From Entomortierella parvispora E1425 (lineage: Eukaryota; Fungi; Mortierellomycota), in the NCBI GenBank assembly GCA_020891255.1, contig BQFW01000002.1:868001-932000 (forward strand): a DNA stretch of 64,000 nt, in the 5' to 3' direction. Below, piece after piece: positions 1-12,304 of the stretch. The stretch's first letter is position 1, and each line of letters begins with the position of its first letter. The notes under the pieces are model-generated. The model did no database searches. It was not told the DNA's origin and saw only the letters and a program-made list of their open reading frames with translations. The position numbers and the translations under genes are program-made.

Positions 1-1
1 C

Positions 2-109
2 TTCAAGAACTTGAACATGGTCAAGCAACACCGCCTCGTGAACGAGGCCCTGAAGGAAGAGATCAAGGCCATGCACGGAATCCGTTTGACTACCAAGGCT
101 TCTGCTTAG
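2..109 (+). CDS. BOLA3: BolA-like protein (BOLA3/Aim1 type), 3' end only
   Basis: Frame 2 reads FKNLNMVKQHRLVNEALKEEIKAMHGIRLTTKASA* (TAG 107-109), matching the BolA3 C-terminal QHxxVNxALKEEIKxMHG pattern. Truncated by the window start. Confidence 0.85.
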   Translation, partial: FKNLNMVKQHRLVNEALKEEIKAMHGIRLTTKASA

Positions 110-1395
110 ATATATCCCGCCCTTCCTCTCTGCTTTCATTTGCCTCTTTCTCCTCTCCCCCTTCCAGCATTTTCCTTTTGTAATTCTACCCTTTTCTAGT
201 TTAAAACAAAAAGCAATATTATTAGATCCTCACTGTTGTGGAAAACCTACACGGTACTCCCCTTCACCAAGCATGATGACCTGGCATATGTGGAGGACGA
301 GAGGAGGGCCCAATTACCACACGGTCTGGCTCATGTCTTCAGGATGTGGGCGGAAGCAAGCATGCGACTTTTTTTTTTTTTTTTTTTTTTTTTGTGAGGA
401 AGCCCGTCAACTATCTTGCCAGCATCAATGAATTCGACTCGCTTGTACGCGCCAACATGGACGGATCAAGTCCCCATTCGATGACAATCCATATGAAAGA
501 ATCTGACCACACGACTCTACCCTTCCGCGTCCCACCAATACACGAGAACAAACGAGTCGTTTATGATATCCTCCTGGAGAATCCCAAAATACAGTGGGAG
601 GGGGAGTGTTTTTTTTTTTTTATTTTGTCTTTGCCATCCTTGGTCAGGCCAACGCGCGAAAGAGGTTTCAAGACGAACAGGAAAGAAAGAGCAGTGGACA
701 GGAACAATGGGGCTCAAAGAGAAAGTAGGGTCCTTGGTTGGCGGTGCTATTCATTCTATTTCACTATTGCTGTTCCCATTGACGAACTCATGCAGTGCGG
801 CCATTCAACTTTGTACAGCTCTCCGGGAACTCAGGTCTCTGAAGCCCTTCACCTGGAGCAGTCAATGGCAACACAACTTGACTTTGACCCCTCTTTAGTG
901 TACAGAGAGACAGAGAGGGAAGGAGAGAGTGCGTCGCCATCATCATTTCATAGTGTCAACCCCTTTCCTCTCTGCGTGTCTGTCCGTCACGATCCATCGA
1001 ATGTCGTTTTTTTTTTTTTTTTTGGAATTTTTGAAATTTTTGAAATTTTTCCTGTTCTATCCGCCATGGTCACTTTCGAAAAGAGAGCTTCCAAAGAACA
1101 GAAGTTGAGACAATTGACAACTCTTTCCAACGTTCGTTGAATACCAGTCTGAGATGAAGTTGTGACCAAACGAGCAATGACCAAGAGACTCTTTCTCAAT
1201 ATGACCCAAGCCCCCCTGTTTATATTTTTCTGCATCACTCTACCTACAGGAACTCGACTATGGAGGGTCATTCTTCCGCATCCATAGCTCCGTTAAAAAC
1301 AAAATAAATGAAAACAATATCAGAATACTAGGGCTATCCGAGTTAGGTCAAATGGAGGTGCTTGCTGTCGAGTTCGCTCACAACGGGTCATTGAT

Positions 1396-4300
1396 TTATA
1401 GTCCTTGCCCCATTCCTGGCCGATTCTTGAGACGTTTAGAAGAGTCGTGGTCTGCTTCCCGGAAAGCACTCTTGCTCGATCCAGAGCTAGGACCCGCCGA
1501 GTTAGCGCCGGTGGTACCCGCACCCGAGGAACTGTGGCCGCTCACTGGAGCTGAAGGATGGTGTGGATGGGTCGAGGAGACCGTGCTATGACTGACACTG
1601 CTTTTAACACTGGCCCCACTGTTGGCGCGCGACAAGATGGAGGGACGCGTCGAGCTGGCCTTTGTGCTCGTTGTGGTCAAAGTCTTTGTACTGTCCGAGT
1701 GGCGTTCGTGCAGTTCACGTTCTTTTCGACGTTGCCTCTCTTCCTTGTCCTGATCCTGCTGCTGCAACTCTTCCAGTCGGCGCACCAGCGAGTCCGAGGC
1801 CAATTGGGCTGTGGAGGACGAGGACGCCAAAGACGCGCTATAGTCATGGTCATTTCCTCGGCGGAAGGTCGGAGCGCCTGCAAGGACAGACGAAATATCC
1901 TGTCGGCTATCCCACTCTGAATCCCTGGTTCGGAATGAGGATGTTTTAGAACGGATCGACGCACGATCGTCCTCCAACATGGGTTCGCGAGAAAGCGGGC
2001 CCACACGAGCCATAGAAGAGGACGAACCTGGTGGTTGTTGCGGTTGTTGGTGGTAATGAGACGAAGCAAAATACTGGTGTTGCTGCTGATGTGCCGTTGC
2101 AGTCGAGCCAGAGGGCGAGGCTACTGGTAAAGACAGGACTCCAAAGCCCTTGAAACTGTTCAAGGACGGGTTGGACAGGATCGCGTGCGCAGAGTTCACA
2201 TTGCTACTCAATGGGGACGAAGGACCGGACCCAAAATCGGACGCTGCTGTGGAGGAGGTCGTCGAAGAAGACTTTCCGGTCAAACCACGGCCAAATCCTG
2301 CATCATATCCTGATTGATATGCATATGTTGCTTCCTGGCTGGTGTCGACCAGACCGCCACTACTACCCCCGCTGTTGGGGCGAGCTGTGCCAGAAAAGGA
2401 TACGTGGCCACTTTGAAGTGCAGCATCCTTATCAAGCTGGCGAGTCCAGGAGCCCTGATGTTGCTGCTGCTGCTGCATCAGATGATGCTCTTGCTGGTAC
2501 CTCTGATAATGTTGATGACTTCGAGGAAGAGGAGCAGGCATCAACTTAACATCGGCTCCACTCGGAGCATTCGAACGACTGCCCTTCTGCTTTGCTGATG
2601 GGCCGGTGCCTGTGTCTGACCCTGAGCCGGTTCCACGTGTGGCACCGCTGTCTTGAGAGCCAAGCGTGTTGGATCGTCTTGCAGGACGTCGTACAACTCT
2701 AGTCCCTTGATCATCAGCCCCTTTTTCTTCAACATCATCGTCGCCATCTTCAGAGTCATCGGAGAGATGCGGACGCTGAGAATAAGGCTCTGATGTTGAC
2801 AATGGCATATGCGATTGGGACGGGAATGAAGACGCCATGAGTGTAATGTCGGGTACGATGACACCTCCAATATCCGATCCTGTACTGAGGACCGACTCTG
2901 CCCTCGAACGTCGGCCATCTTGGGCACCCGCACTATTAGGTCCTGAGCTGAGTCCTGTGGTCGCCACAATTTCCCGAGTTGGTAAGAGGCCAAGACTTGC
3001 GTCCAAAAGACCATGGCTGGATCTCTGACGAGTGTGCCCCTGGGAAGAGGAAGACGACGGCCGCGAACCTCCTTGATCCGTACGAGAAGTCTTTCCAGTC
3101 ACCGCTACTGTAGCTGTAGAGGTAAAAGGTCGACTTGAAACCGAAGGCGATAACAGGCTCTTGCCGAGCATGAAGGTTGAATCTTCCACACCCGGACTTT
3201 GGTCCACCGAACGACCTCCTTGCTGACTGTAAAATCGTCCTGGCGATGGGATGGGAGAGATGGTCGACGGTGTGTACGCTCCTGTGGCATCGTCTTCGAC
3301 ATAGTTATCATCCTCATTTCGTTCGCCAGTGAAAAAGTCACTATTGCCATTCTCTGACCTATCCTCGGCTTCCTGTAGATCCTCCTCATCACCTCCACTC
3401 TTTCTAGATGATCCGTCAAACTCCAAGAGATTATCTCCGTCCGTTTCTCCTGTGCCCTCTGACGGCGCTCTCTCAATCCCGTCATCTTCTTCCTCAGATT
3501 CGTCTTCACAATCCTGTTGCAGGGACAAACGCGATTTTGTGCCAGTCCCGAGCTTGCGGCTGACAACACCCAGTTGTCTATTCCTCGTCGAAGGACGGTT
3601 GACTCGCAGGGACTTTCCAACTCTTGCATCAAGAGTCTTTCCTTTCCCTAACGCAGCGCCACCAATGAGGGGGTGTATTGGTGAACTACTCCCAACGCTG
3701 CTGCTTCCTGACCCATTGCCTGCGCTTCGGGAAAGTCGACCGCCATTGCCTAGATCCTTGAGACTGAACCTTTTGATGATGTTGGTCAAACTAGCCGTAG
3801 ATCCTGGTGATCCACTGGATGCGAAGGGGCCACCCTTGTAACTCTTGGAGCTTTGTTGGGATGCAGAAGAAGGCGACGTGGGTGATTTCATCGGAGGCGT
3901 GATCTTGCCCTCGTAATGATTCAAGACATCCTTGATCAGCAAAGAGGACCTTCGCTTCTCTGAAAATCCTGTCTGACCCTTTGGAGAGGTTGGTGACGAT
4001 GTGGCTGAAGATGAGGCCGCAGATCGAGGAGAGAGAAGGTGAGGGTCGTCCGCGAGATGGGACTGGGTATATTGGGACTGGGAGGCTTGCGTCATTCCAA
4101 GGCCAGTTTGGATATCATGAGCAGAGAACTTCCTTCTTTGCGACATTGATCTTCGAGAGGACGGACGCTGGGCTTCTACCATGGTATGGTCCACCATCGT
4201 CTTTTCAGAGGGAGAATACGATGGTTTTCTCAGTCGCGGGTCAATATAAGTAGGCGATCCGTGACATCTGGCCGCATTTGACAATGCAGCAGCGGCGGCG

Positions 4301-7300
4301 GCTGCTGTTTCATCCTGGGCCCTTCGCTCAGCCTCAAGATGTTGTCGCTCCTTGGCCGCCTCTTCTTCAAAGATAGCAGCCCGTTTGGCGCACTCAATGT
4401 CTGCTAGTCGTTTCAATTCCTGGAATTCATCCTCATACCGATTGACGTTGTACAAAGAGTCGTGAACAAACTCCTGCATGTCCTTGCCCTCCCATGGTTG
4501 GATCTCATGAGGCGTTTTGATTCCATCTCGAATGTCCTCAAAGGATGGACTCTCCTTGACCGGCTCCTTTGCTGAAACGGATTGCTTCTCAGCCAGAAGC
4601 ATTTTTTGACTTGATCGAACCTATTGGTCGAATATGACTGTCGTTAGGATTGTACTTCCAAGTGCTTCAGCTGTATCATACAATGAGAGTGATCACTTAC
4701 CAGTGCTGCGTCAGAATTGAGAACGTCGCGGAATTGAATAGTAGGCTTGGTTTGAATGTACAAATTGTAGTAAACAAAGATATTGTCCTCAAAATCAACG
4801 TAGAACAGGCAGGGTTCGTTTCGACCCGGACTAACAGCGTATTGACCTAAGTCAACGATGTCGAGAAATTACAACCAATAGTCAATAACTGCATTGATGA
4901 TGTTCAAACTACGAAAGATAGAAACATCATGAGGGTATCACATTACCTGCTCCAAAGGCGCAAACGCGTGCGTCGAAATCATACTGGGCGGTATTGAAGT
5001 CTTGGTCGATAAAAAAGGTGATACCGCTCCAGGAGCATCCTACAAACATGTCGCTTCTCTGAAACCTGGCCCCATAGGGTTCAGGAATCAACAGAGAGGG
5101 TGCCTGCTTTCTTGGTCTCCTTGAGCGATTTTCAAAACCATATCCATGTTCATTGTAGTTGTCACCAAGCGTCTCCCCACCATCGCTTCCAAGGTCGAAT
5201 CCATCGTCATTATCATAGTCTTCGTCCTCAAGCTCGATATCGCCATCGTTAATATCGTCCACATATCGGCTGGTGTGTTGACCGTAACCAGGCCTAGCCT
5301 TTCGTGATTCTTTCGCCTGGCGTTCCAAGTGGTCCTTTCCAAAATTCAGCTTTGAGAATCCAAAGATTTTGTGGGTTGAATCCAGGTCATGGACTTTGAC
5401 AGTGTTGTTGTACAGATCATGCAGTGCAAAAGCGCCTATCGCCACAGGTACAAAATAAAACAATATGAGCCATAGTTCATGTTTCCAACCTGAGTAGACT
5501 TTGGACCTTGTCGATATTTACCATCCATGGACATCAAGCCAATGATATTTTTTTTCTCGCCATTTACATATTGTGTACCACAGACAATATCCGTAGCCAC
5601 ATCTCCACTTCCAGCACCCCGAGTAGGTGTGTCTGGTCCTTCAACCTTGGAATTCAGGGTTGGTGTGCGCTGAATTTGTGTCATTGGTTCTGATATGTTT
5701 CCCGTATGGTCAACCATTACAAACTTGAGTCCTGGCTGAGCAACAAGTAAAATGGGTAGTCCTGTTTGTATATCTTTAGTCACCGAGAGGCAATTGATCT
5801 AAAAAAGGGAAAAACATTGACCTGCATCAGCGCGATGTGATTTACAAAACCCACGTCCTCACTCTAGAAGATCCCAACAAGTCAGATATGTACCTGCCCA
5901 TCAAGTGCCCACCGTTTCTTTTCTACAAGAACCAAACGATTCGAAGAGTCTACTCCAGGCGAGCCGTCCTGCGCCTCAGAGCCTCCAACAGATCCTGTGT
6001 GATATTGTCTGCCCGTGGACGAAAGGGACGGGTAGTGAATGATAGTTTCCCGTCGGTCATCTGACGGCGAGAGCAATCCACTACTTTCCGCCGACATACT
6101 ACTCGAGCGACTGAGGAGCTTTACGAGCTTAAGAGGTTGGTTGTTGGGATGGGCGCTCGTATTGGGAGACGCCGGTTTTGATATTTGCAGTGCATACGAG
6201 TGCAGAATACGGTCAGTTCTGGCAAGAACAAGCTCGTTTAAGCCGTCACCATCTACAAACGCATGAAGCAGTATTCCCAGGTCAGAGTCCAGCACATTAA
6301 GCAGTAGTTCGTCTTGTTCAGTGCGAAGAACCTACCTATATCTGCAATATGAGCGCGGTTGATGTTGACGGGGACCGGTAGAGTCAAATTAGGTCGTTCC
6401 AAAACCCTCCGACCTCCAACGGTGTGCACCTGAGTCTTGGCTGCTCCATGATGCCGAGAGTGAGCTGATTGCTTCCTGCTGCCATGATCCCTTGTAGAAT
6501 GAGCAGGCGTGTTTGAACCTGACATGTGCTGCGGTTTAAGCAACGGTGTCCCTGTAGGAGAATTGGCATTGCTATGTCCTCCCACTGACCTAGGATGATG
6601 CGAAGAGCTATGTCCATGTGATGCCATAGAGGAAAGTGGCGGTGTTCCTATGAGGTTGGCAAGGACAGACGTTGCCCTGCTGGCATTCCCTGGAGGAATA
6701 TCTGAACCACGTCGTGATCCAGCTTGAGCCATGCTCCCCATGTGCGTTTGGTGTATAGGTGTGGAACTTTGTGAGTGGCTGTGATGAGGGAATGCTGATA
6801 TTGACGAGGAGGTGGATCCATGAGGCGTATTTTGAGGAGCAGGAGGCAATGGTGGGGTTCCGTGATGGTGATGGTGATGGTGATGGTGCAGGTCAGGGAC
6901 AGGCTTGATGCTCGGTGTTGCAGGAATTCCACTATGATGACCTCCGCCCACACTTTGTTGATACGACCCTGATCGTGGCGTGGAAGAGTAAATGCTCGAA
7001 GTTTTGCCAGGTGCGCCTGCGCTCCTCGCCACCGCAGCCGGTGTCGCTCCTGTAGTCGCCGGTGCCATTTGTGCTCTGTCGTCTTCCAGTTCAGCCACAT
7101 CAAAAATGTGGCACAGTCCTTCAGCACTCATCACGACAATCGAGTTTTTCCCCCAGTTTCTAATGTCGCCAATCGCTACCGCTGTGATCTAGGATTAAGG
7201 ACGAGACAGAATTAGAGTCCTGCCTCCTAAATTCCGCGACCGTTGTCGTCACTCAAGCTGCAGACATACCGTTCCAAGGCCCTTGCAGGTGAGCCACGGC

Positions 7301-7585
7301 TGCCCATCTGGATCATTTCCTTTGAAGATAAACAGATCTCCAACCAGATTACCGATCACGAACGCGTTGTCCTGGTCATCAGAGTTGTTCAGATAAAAAA
7401 TACGCGTCAGACATCATGCGTGCACTTGAACTAGGCTTTTAGCTCAACTCGTTGAGTTAGGTCAGGTAAGCACTCCTTACCCCATGGCCATCGACGTCTC
7501 CTATGGCGAACGCGGTGGGTGAGATGTTGCCACTGACATGCCATTGCAGCTTTTGAACCAGGGAGACATGTCGAACAGTCGGCAT
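1396..7585 (-). CDS. ITFG2: ITFG2 (KICSTOR subunit, FG-GAP propeller) with a very long low-complexity C-terminal tail; 8 exons, about 1851 aa
   Basis: Exons 7585-7481, 7371-7270, 7188-6336, 6252-5894, 5798-5522, 5435-4947, 4846-4701 and 4620-1396 join in frame with GT-AG sites. Segments match animal ITFG2 in order: AFAIGDVDG, PWLTC, AVAIGDIRNWGKNSIVVMSAEG, ADIDGDGLNELVLARTDR, LLVAQPG, CSWSGITFFID, PCLFYVDF, FVHDSLY. Confidence 0.9.
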
Positions 7586-7859
7586 TATGCGCGATGGAGC
7601 TGTGGAGGAAGGATGCTCTTTCTGAATTGAATGGTCCTGTGTCGAGCGAAGAGCCCGGTCGTTCCAGCTGGTTTAATAGTTGGGGCTAGGATGTCTACAG
7701 GCTTGCTGTCCTACTGGGTCCGTCCTGCTGGGTGACAGTGGGTGGCAGTGGGTGGCAGTGGGCTGAGTTCCTGCGAAGCGACGGTTGTGGATGAATGAAG
7801 AACTGTTGGAACGAACACCTGAGCGGAAGAGGAAGGGAGGAGGAAAGAAAAGAAAATGA

Positions 7860-7867
7860 CACGTGAC
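7860..7867. promoter_or_regulatory. E-box CACGTGAC (near match to GTCACGTGAC) in the ITFG2/EXO70 divergent promoter
   Basis: The sequence GACACGTGAC lies about 275 bp upstream of the ITFG2 ATG and about 370 bp upstream of the EXO70 ATG. Function is inferred only. Confidence 0.3.
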
Positions 7868-7900
7868 TTGGTCTTTTGTGGGCATGCACACATGGACAGA

Positions 7901-7950
7901 TGGGATGGGATGGGATGGGATGGGATGGGATGGGATGGGATGGGATGGGA
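7901..7950 (+). repeat. Perfect pentanucleotide microsatellite (TGGGA)10
   Basis: Read directly. Lies in the divergent ITFG2/EXO70 intergenic region. Confidence 0.97.
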
Positions 7951-8049
7951 TGTGCAGGGTGCAATCGTGGTGTGTTCTTTCTTGTCTCTTCTTCTTCTTC
8001 TTCTTCTTCCTCATCTCTTTCCTCTTTGTCCTGTTCTCTCTTTCTCTCC

Positions 8050-8082
<33 letters not shown>

Positions 8083-8237
8083 GCTGTCCACATTCATTCC
8101 TTCATCTTTTCTCTCCTTGGACTTCCACTCTACCAGAGATACAACTAGACTGCCTTTCGCCGGCACCTACTTCCCCTTCCTAGACAACCGTCGGCCCAGG
8201 CTCTCTCGCCTTTCATCACTACAAGCTCATTGGCATC

Positions 8238-10989
8238 ATGGCCAGAACTGCAGCGGAGGGGTACTGTGGATGAACAACTCGATGCCCAGATGACATTAGC
8301 CCTGTAAGCTGACATTGCTTTCCTCCTCCACTTTCTCTAGCGCGCGCGACAACAAGACCTTTCTGGACGAGGAGGCAGCCGAGCTCAACAGCCTGGTGAC
8401 CAATCTGGACAAGGCAAACACCGTCTCGACCAAAATGGCAAGCCAACATACCCATGCTCTCCTTTGAGCATTGTCTTGTTGACACAGTATCTTTCTTCCC
8501 TTGCTAATCCCACAACCTCACCTTTCTCTTGTGAAACAGGTCGGGATTTTGAACTCATTCGATACACGGCTTGCCTCGCTCGAGTCCTCGGTGCTGCCTA
8601 TCCATAAGTCCACTCAGTCGCTCACCCGTCTTGCAGGAAGTAGGTCCATCATGTTGCACCACCTTGCCATGGATCAGTCGCGTGCAGCACTGTTCGCTTA
8701 CATTTTGCATTTGTGCAACGAATTAGATATGAACCAGACGGTGGCTGCTTTAGAGTCGATTCTCACTTATTTTGATCTGGCGTCTCAAGAGGAAGCGATC
8801 GTGTCGAAGCCCTTGTCGGAACAAAACCTGCAAACTTACCTTCAGTCTATTGGGCGGATACGCGAATCACTCCGAGCCATGGGATCAATCAAGCTCAAGG
8901 CAGGGGATCGAGTGGTTCAGCAGCTGGTGAGACCTCGGCTCATATTATTGGCCTCGCGTGTACAAATTCATTTTCACAAGGCTGCTTTGGGCTAATCGTT
9001 TGCATGGATCATACACCGCACCCCCATTTTAGAAACGGAGCCTGAAGGTCGCCGTAGGCCAATTGGATGACCTGTTCAAGCAGCTTCTCACCAAACACAG
9101 TCAACCCCTCGATCTTAAAATTGTGACCTCTTCCGATCGCAAGGATATTCCTCCTGTGCCCAGCAACGCAGCTCAGACCTTGGTCGTAGTCGCAAAAAAC
9201 CTGGCAGAGACAGAGCTGGACCCCAATGCCACACCAACAGGATACTTGAAGTCGTATTGCGAGATTCGTGCCAACTGCATGATCAAATCCTTGTCGCCAC
9301 TTCACCAATCGTCTTTGGTCGAGCTCAAAGGAGTCTACGACAAAGGGTCAACTCCTTTTATTCCTTATACCACGTCTTTACTTAAGCTTTGCAGGGTATG
9401 AGCAGATGCTGACGTGTGTTTTCTTTCTTGCTCTCTTGCTCTCAAGGTAAAACCAGATCTAACGACTTTTTTTTTTTTCTTTTTTTTTTTCTGTTTACAG
9501 AACGAAGCTGATCTCGCGGACACGCTGCTGGACCCTAAACTACTGAGCCTGGCGTTCATGGGATCAATCATGCCTCCTATAGAACAATGGGTAGAAACTG
9601 GAAAAACCATTTCTCGGCGCGTGAGGAAAACATATATATCTGAAGTGGGCATCCTCTTTGACGTAATCGAGTCTTTGGAGTCTAGTATGAACACCTTTGA
9701 GAGTGTCTTTGGAGTAAGTGAAAAGCATCCCGCAATGCTGCCTCTCTTCTCACTATGAATTACCAGCGTCCGCTAACTGACTACCTTGACTCCATCTTTT
9801 AGCTTGCCAGAAGACAAAAAGAGAACGATGCGCTGGAATTGTTAAAGTCGTACAAGGCGACTGCCATGAGAACCTTCATCGATTTTATCAGCGACCTCAG
9901 AGTATGTTCTATATGTCAATCACCGACCGCGAAAGGTGCAGGCTGTCCATCAAACTAATATTTGCCAATCTTTTCATAGAATCTCAACAATCCCAAATAC
10001 CAAGCGATGCCGCTGGACGGAACAGTACACCAATTAACTTCTGATGTAAGTGAAGTCAAAGCTCCCATCGTGAGTCATGGTGATCAAGACTAGGGCATGG
10101 TTTTAACGCTCCCTCTATGATTCGTAGACCCTGAACTATATAAAACGCCTAATGACCTATCAACCTATGGTTGAATCGATCCTCAACATGATCGGCGATG
10201 GCAACTGGAATAACCCCGACACGGGTTCTCAAAATCGTCGCTCTCAAGCTACCAGTCGAGGAGGAAGAAGCATTATCTTGCAACGTTACTTTGGTATGGC
10301 TGCGGAACAAAATGTCAGATATATGTCCTTAAATGGATACCGTAGCCTCCTACCCTTTCTAACGCTACAAATCGGTCTTTATTATAGCGGACGTGCTGGA
10401 AGCTTTGGTCCAGAACATTGACTCCAAATCCAAATTCTACAAGAAGGGTCAGTCACTCACGCAGCTCTTCTTGTTGAACAACTACTTTTACATCTCCAAG
10501 TCTGTCAGAACTACCCCAGGACTGTTGGATGTGATCAATGGACCCGATGCAGGATCACAGTCACCAGCTTCATTGACTTCAGTTGTTTATGAGAAACCTT
10601 TGAAGCAGAATGTGGACCTGTATCAGGACAACTGGAAGGTCTGTGTGGAGCATCTTATGGATGTGACCTATGTCCAGGATGGAGGTGTCCAGCATGTACT
10701 CAACTCGAACCAACGTCAAATGGTCAAGGACAAGTTCAAGAACTTTAACCACGATTTTGACGAATTGTGGAAGACTCAGAAGCAGTACTCGATTCCGGAT
10801 ATGGACTTGAGGGCGATGGTCTTGAAGGACGTGCATCAGGTTTTGATTCCAATGTACGAGAAGTTCTTGAACAAGTATGCCTCCGGTGGCAACAATGCCT
10901 ACGAGTTTACGAAGAATGTTCAAAAGTACATCAGATATGATGTCAGCATGGTCAAGGATATGGTCAACCAGTTCTTCACCAGCACATAG
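8238..10989 (+). CDS. EXO70: Exocyst complex component Exo70; 10 exons
   Basis: Spliced product has KMVGILNSFDTRLASLE, MPLDGTVHQLTSD, LFLLNNYFYI, KDKFKNFNHDFDELWKTQKQYSIPDMDLR, and KYIRYD near the C-terminus. Exons: 8238-8260, 8341-8437, 8540-8639, 8727-8925, 9033-9396, 9501-9713, 9803-9902, 9980-10045, 10128-10293, 10388-10989 (inner boundaries +/- a few nt). Confidence 0.95.
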
Positions 10990-11318
10990 TGCGAGGCGTG
11001 GAAAATGACTACCGCGTCAACTAATAATAAAATCCCAATGACCTGTTCTCTTGATGTACCGCGTGGCACTGGCTGTTATCTTGTTTGTTATTCTCTCTCT
11101 GGCATCAATCTTGATTTCAAGGTGGGGCCAACCTTGGGACAGCGCAGCGCTATCTGAAGAGGCCTAAGTGCCACCTTGAGCACAAGTGACTCACTGGACA
11201 GCTCCTCGAGAATCAGAAACCATAAAAAAGGGCTTTCAAATAATTTGCCTTTTTTGCTGCATCCATTCATCTGTTCATTCATCGCACAGTCATCTCCATC
11301 AGCACTGCATTCGTTACA

Positions 11319-11950
11319 ATGACCTACAGCATTCGATTCGTTGAAACCCCACAAGATCTAGCACTTTGCCATGAGGGTAAAATTAAAATACAGGTTGATC
11401 TCTGGATTCTATGGTGCTCTCCGTTTTTACGCCACTAATTCTCACGTTGGTTGTAGTCCGCTACAAAGTCTTTACTGACGAACAAGGATATGATGGATCT
11501 ATTGAGGTTGACGAGTAAGACCGAGATCCACCCTTAACGTTGTTTGTCATGTTTCCTATGTGAGCCGAGACTGCATTCTTTACTATCGTCTCACCCGTCT
11601 TCGCTTGGCCTTTAATTAGCATCGACAGCGAGTGCAAGCATTGGGTGGTAGTTGACAGTGAGGGTCATCCTGTCGGAACAGCCCGTATTTTCCTGTACTC
11701 TCCCACGGTAGCTAAGGTGGGGCGTGTTGCGGTTTTGTCTAGCACTCGTGGGTCAGGTCTCGGACGGTTACTCATGGAGAGCATCGAAAAGTGGGTGATC
11801 CAAAACACGGACGTCAAGACTCTCGCTCTGTCCAGTCAGGTGCCCCGAATGGGCTTCTATGAGAGAATGGGCTTTGTTGCTTCCGGCGATATCTACCCCG
11901 ATGAAGGCCAGCCACACATCTACATGGAGAAACCACTCTCCAAAGCATAG
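11319..11950 (+). CDS. GNAT family acetyltransferase, YjcF/ElaA-like; 3 exons
   Basis: Spliced product reads MTYSIRFVETPQDLALCHEVRYKVFTDEQGY..EVDD, then VGTARI, KVGRVAV..TRGSGLGRLLM (acetyl-CoA motif A), FYERMGF and DEGQPHIYM. Confidence 0.88.
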
Positions 11951-12304
11951 AAAACTCCATATGTTCTACCCTTAACTCCTCCATATACTCGGGAATAAAG
12001 CGCCTCCGTCACCATTATTATACCTCTACAGCGCTCTTTTTACTACTTGCCATTTGGCCCCAGTTTCGCGCTTTCGCGGAAGAGGTCTTAACAGCTTGAA
12101 GCCAATAGAGCTTGCTTTTCCCAGGACTGTTGTCGTCGTGGCTGTGCCCAACTGTCCAGGCACTGGAGCAACCCTACATGAAACAAAGACATACCTTTTT
12201 CTTTCCTCGAGATCTGAACCAGCTCAAAATCAAATAAATACTGGCACCTGCTGCCCACATTTTATCCAGCATTCAACACCTCACGCTCAAAGAACGTAGT
12301 CAAC

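Noticed and set aside
346-1140. 264-aa ORF in the track
   Set aside because: It crosses two poly-T runs (poly-Phe), has no ATG context or recognisable motif, and lies between converging 3' ends. Likely spurious.
1396-4602. Stand-alone 1068-aa gene
   Set aside because: An in-phase splice junction and ITFG2-like residues at its start show it is the last exon of ITFG2.
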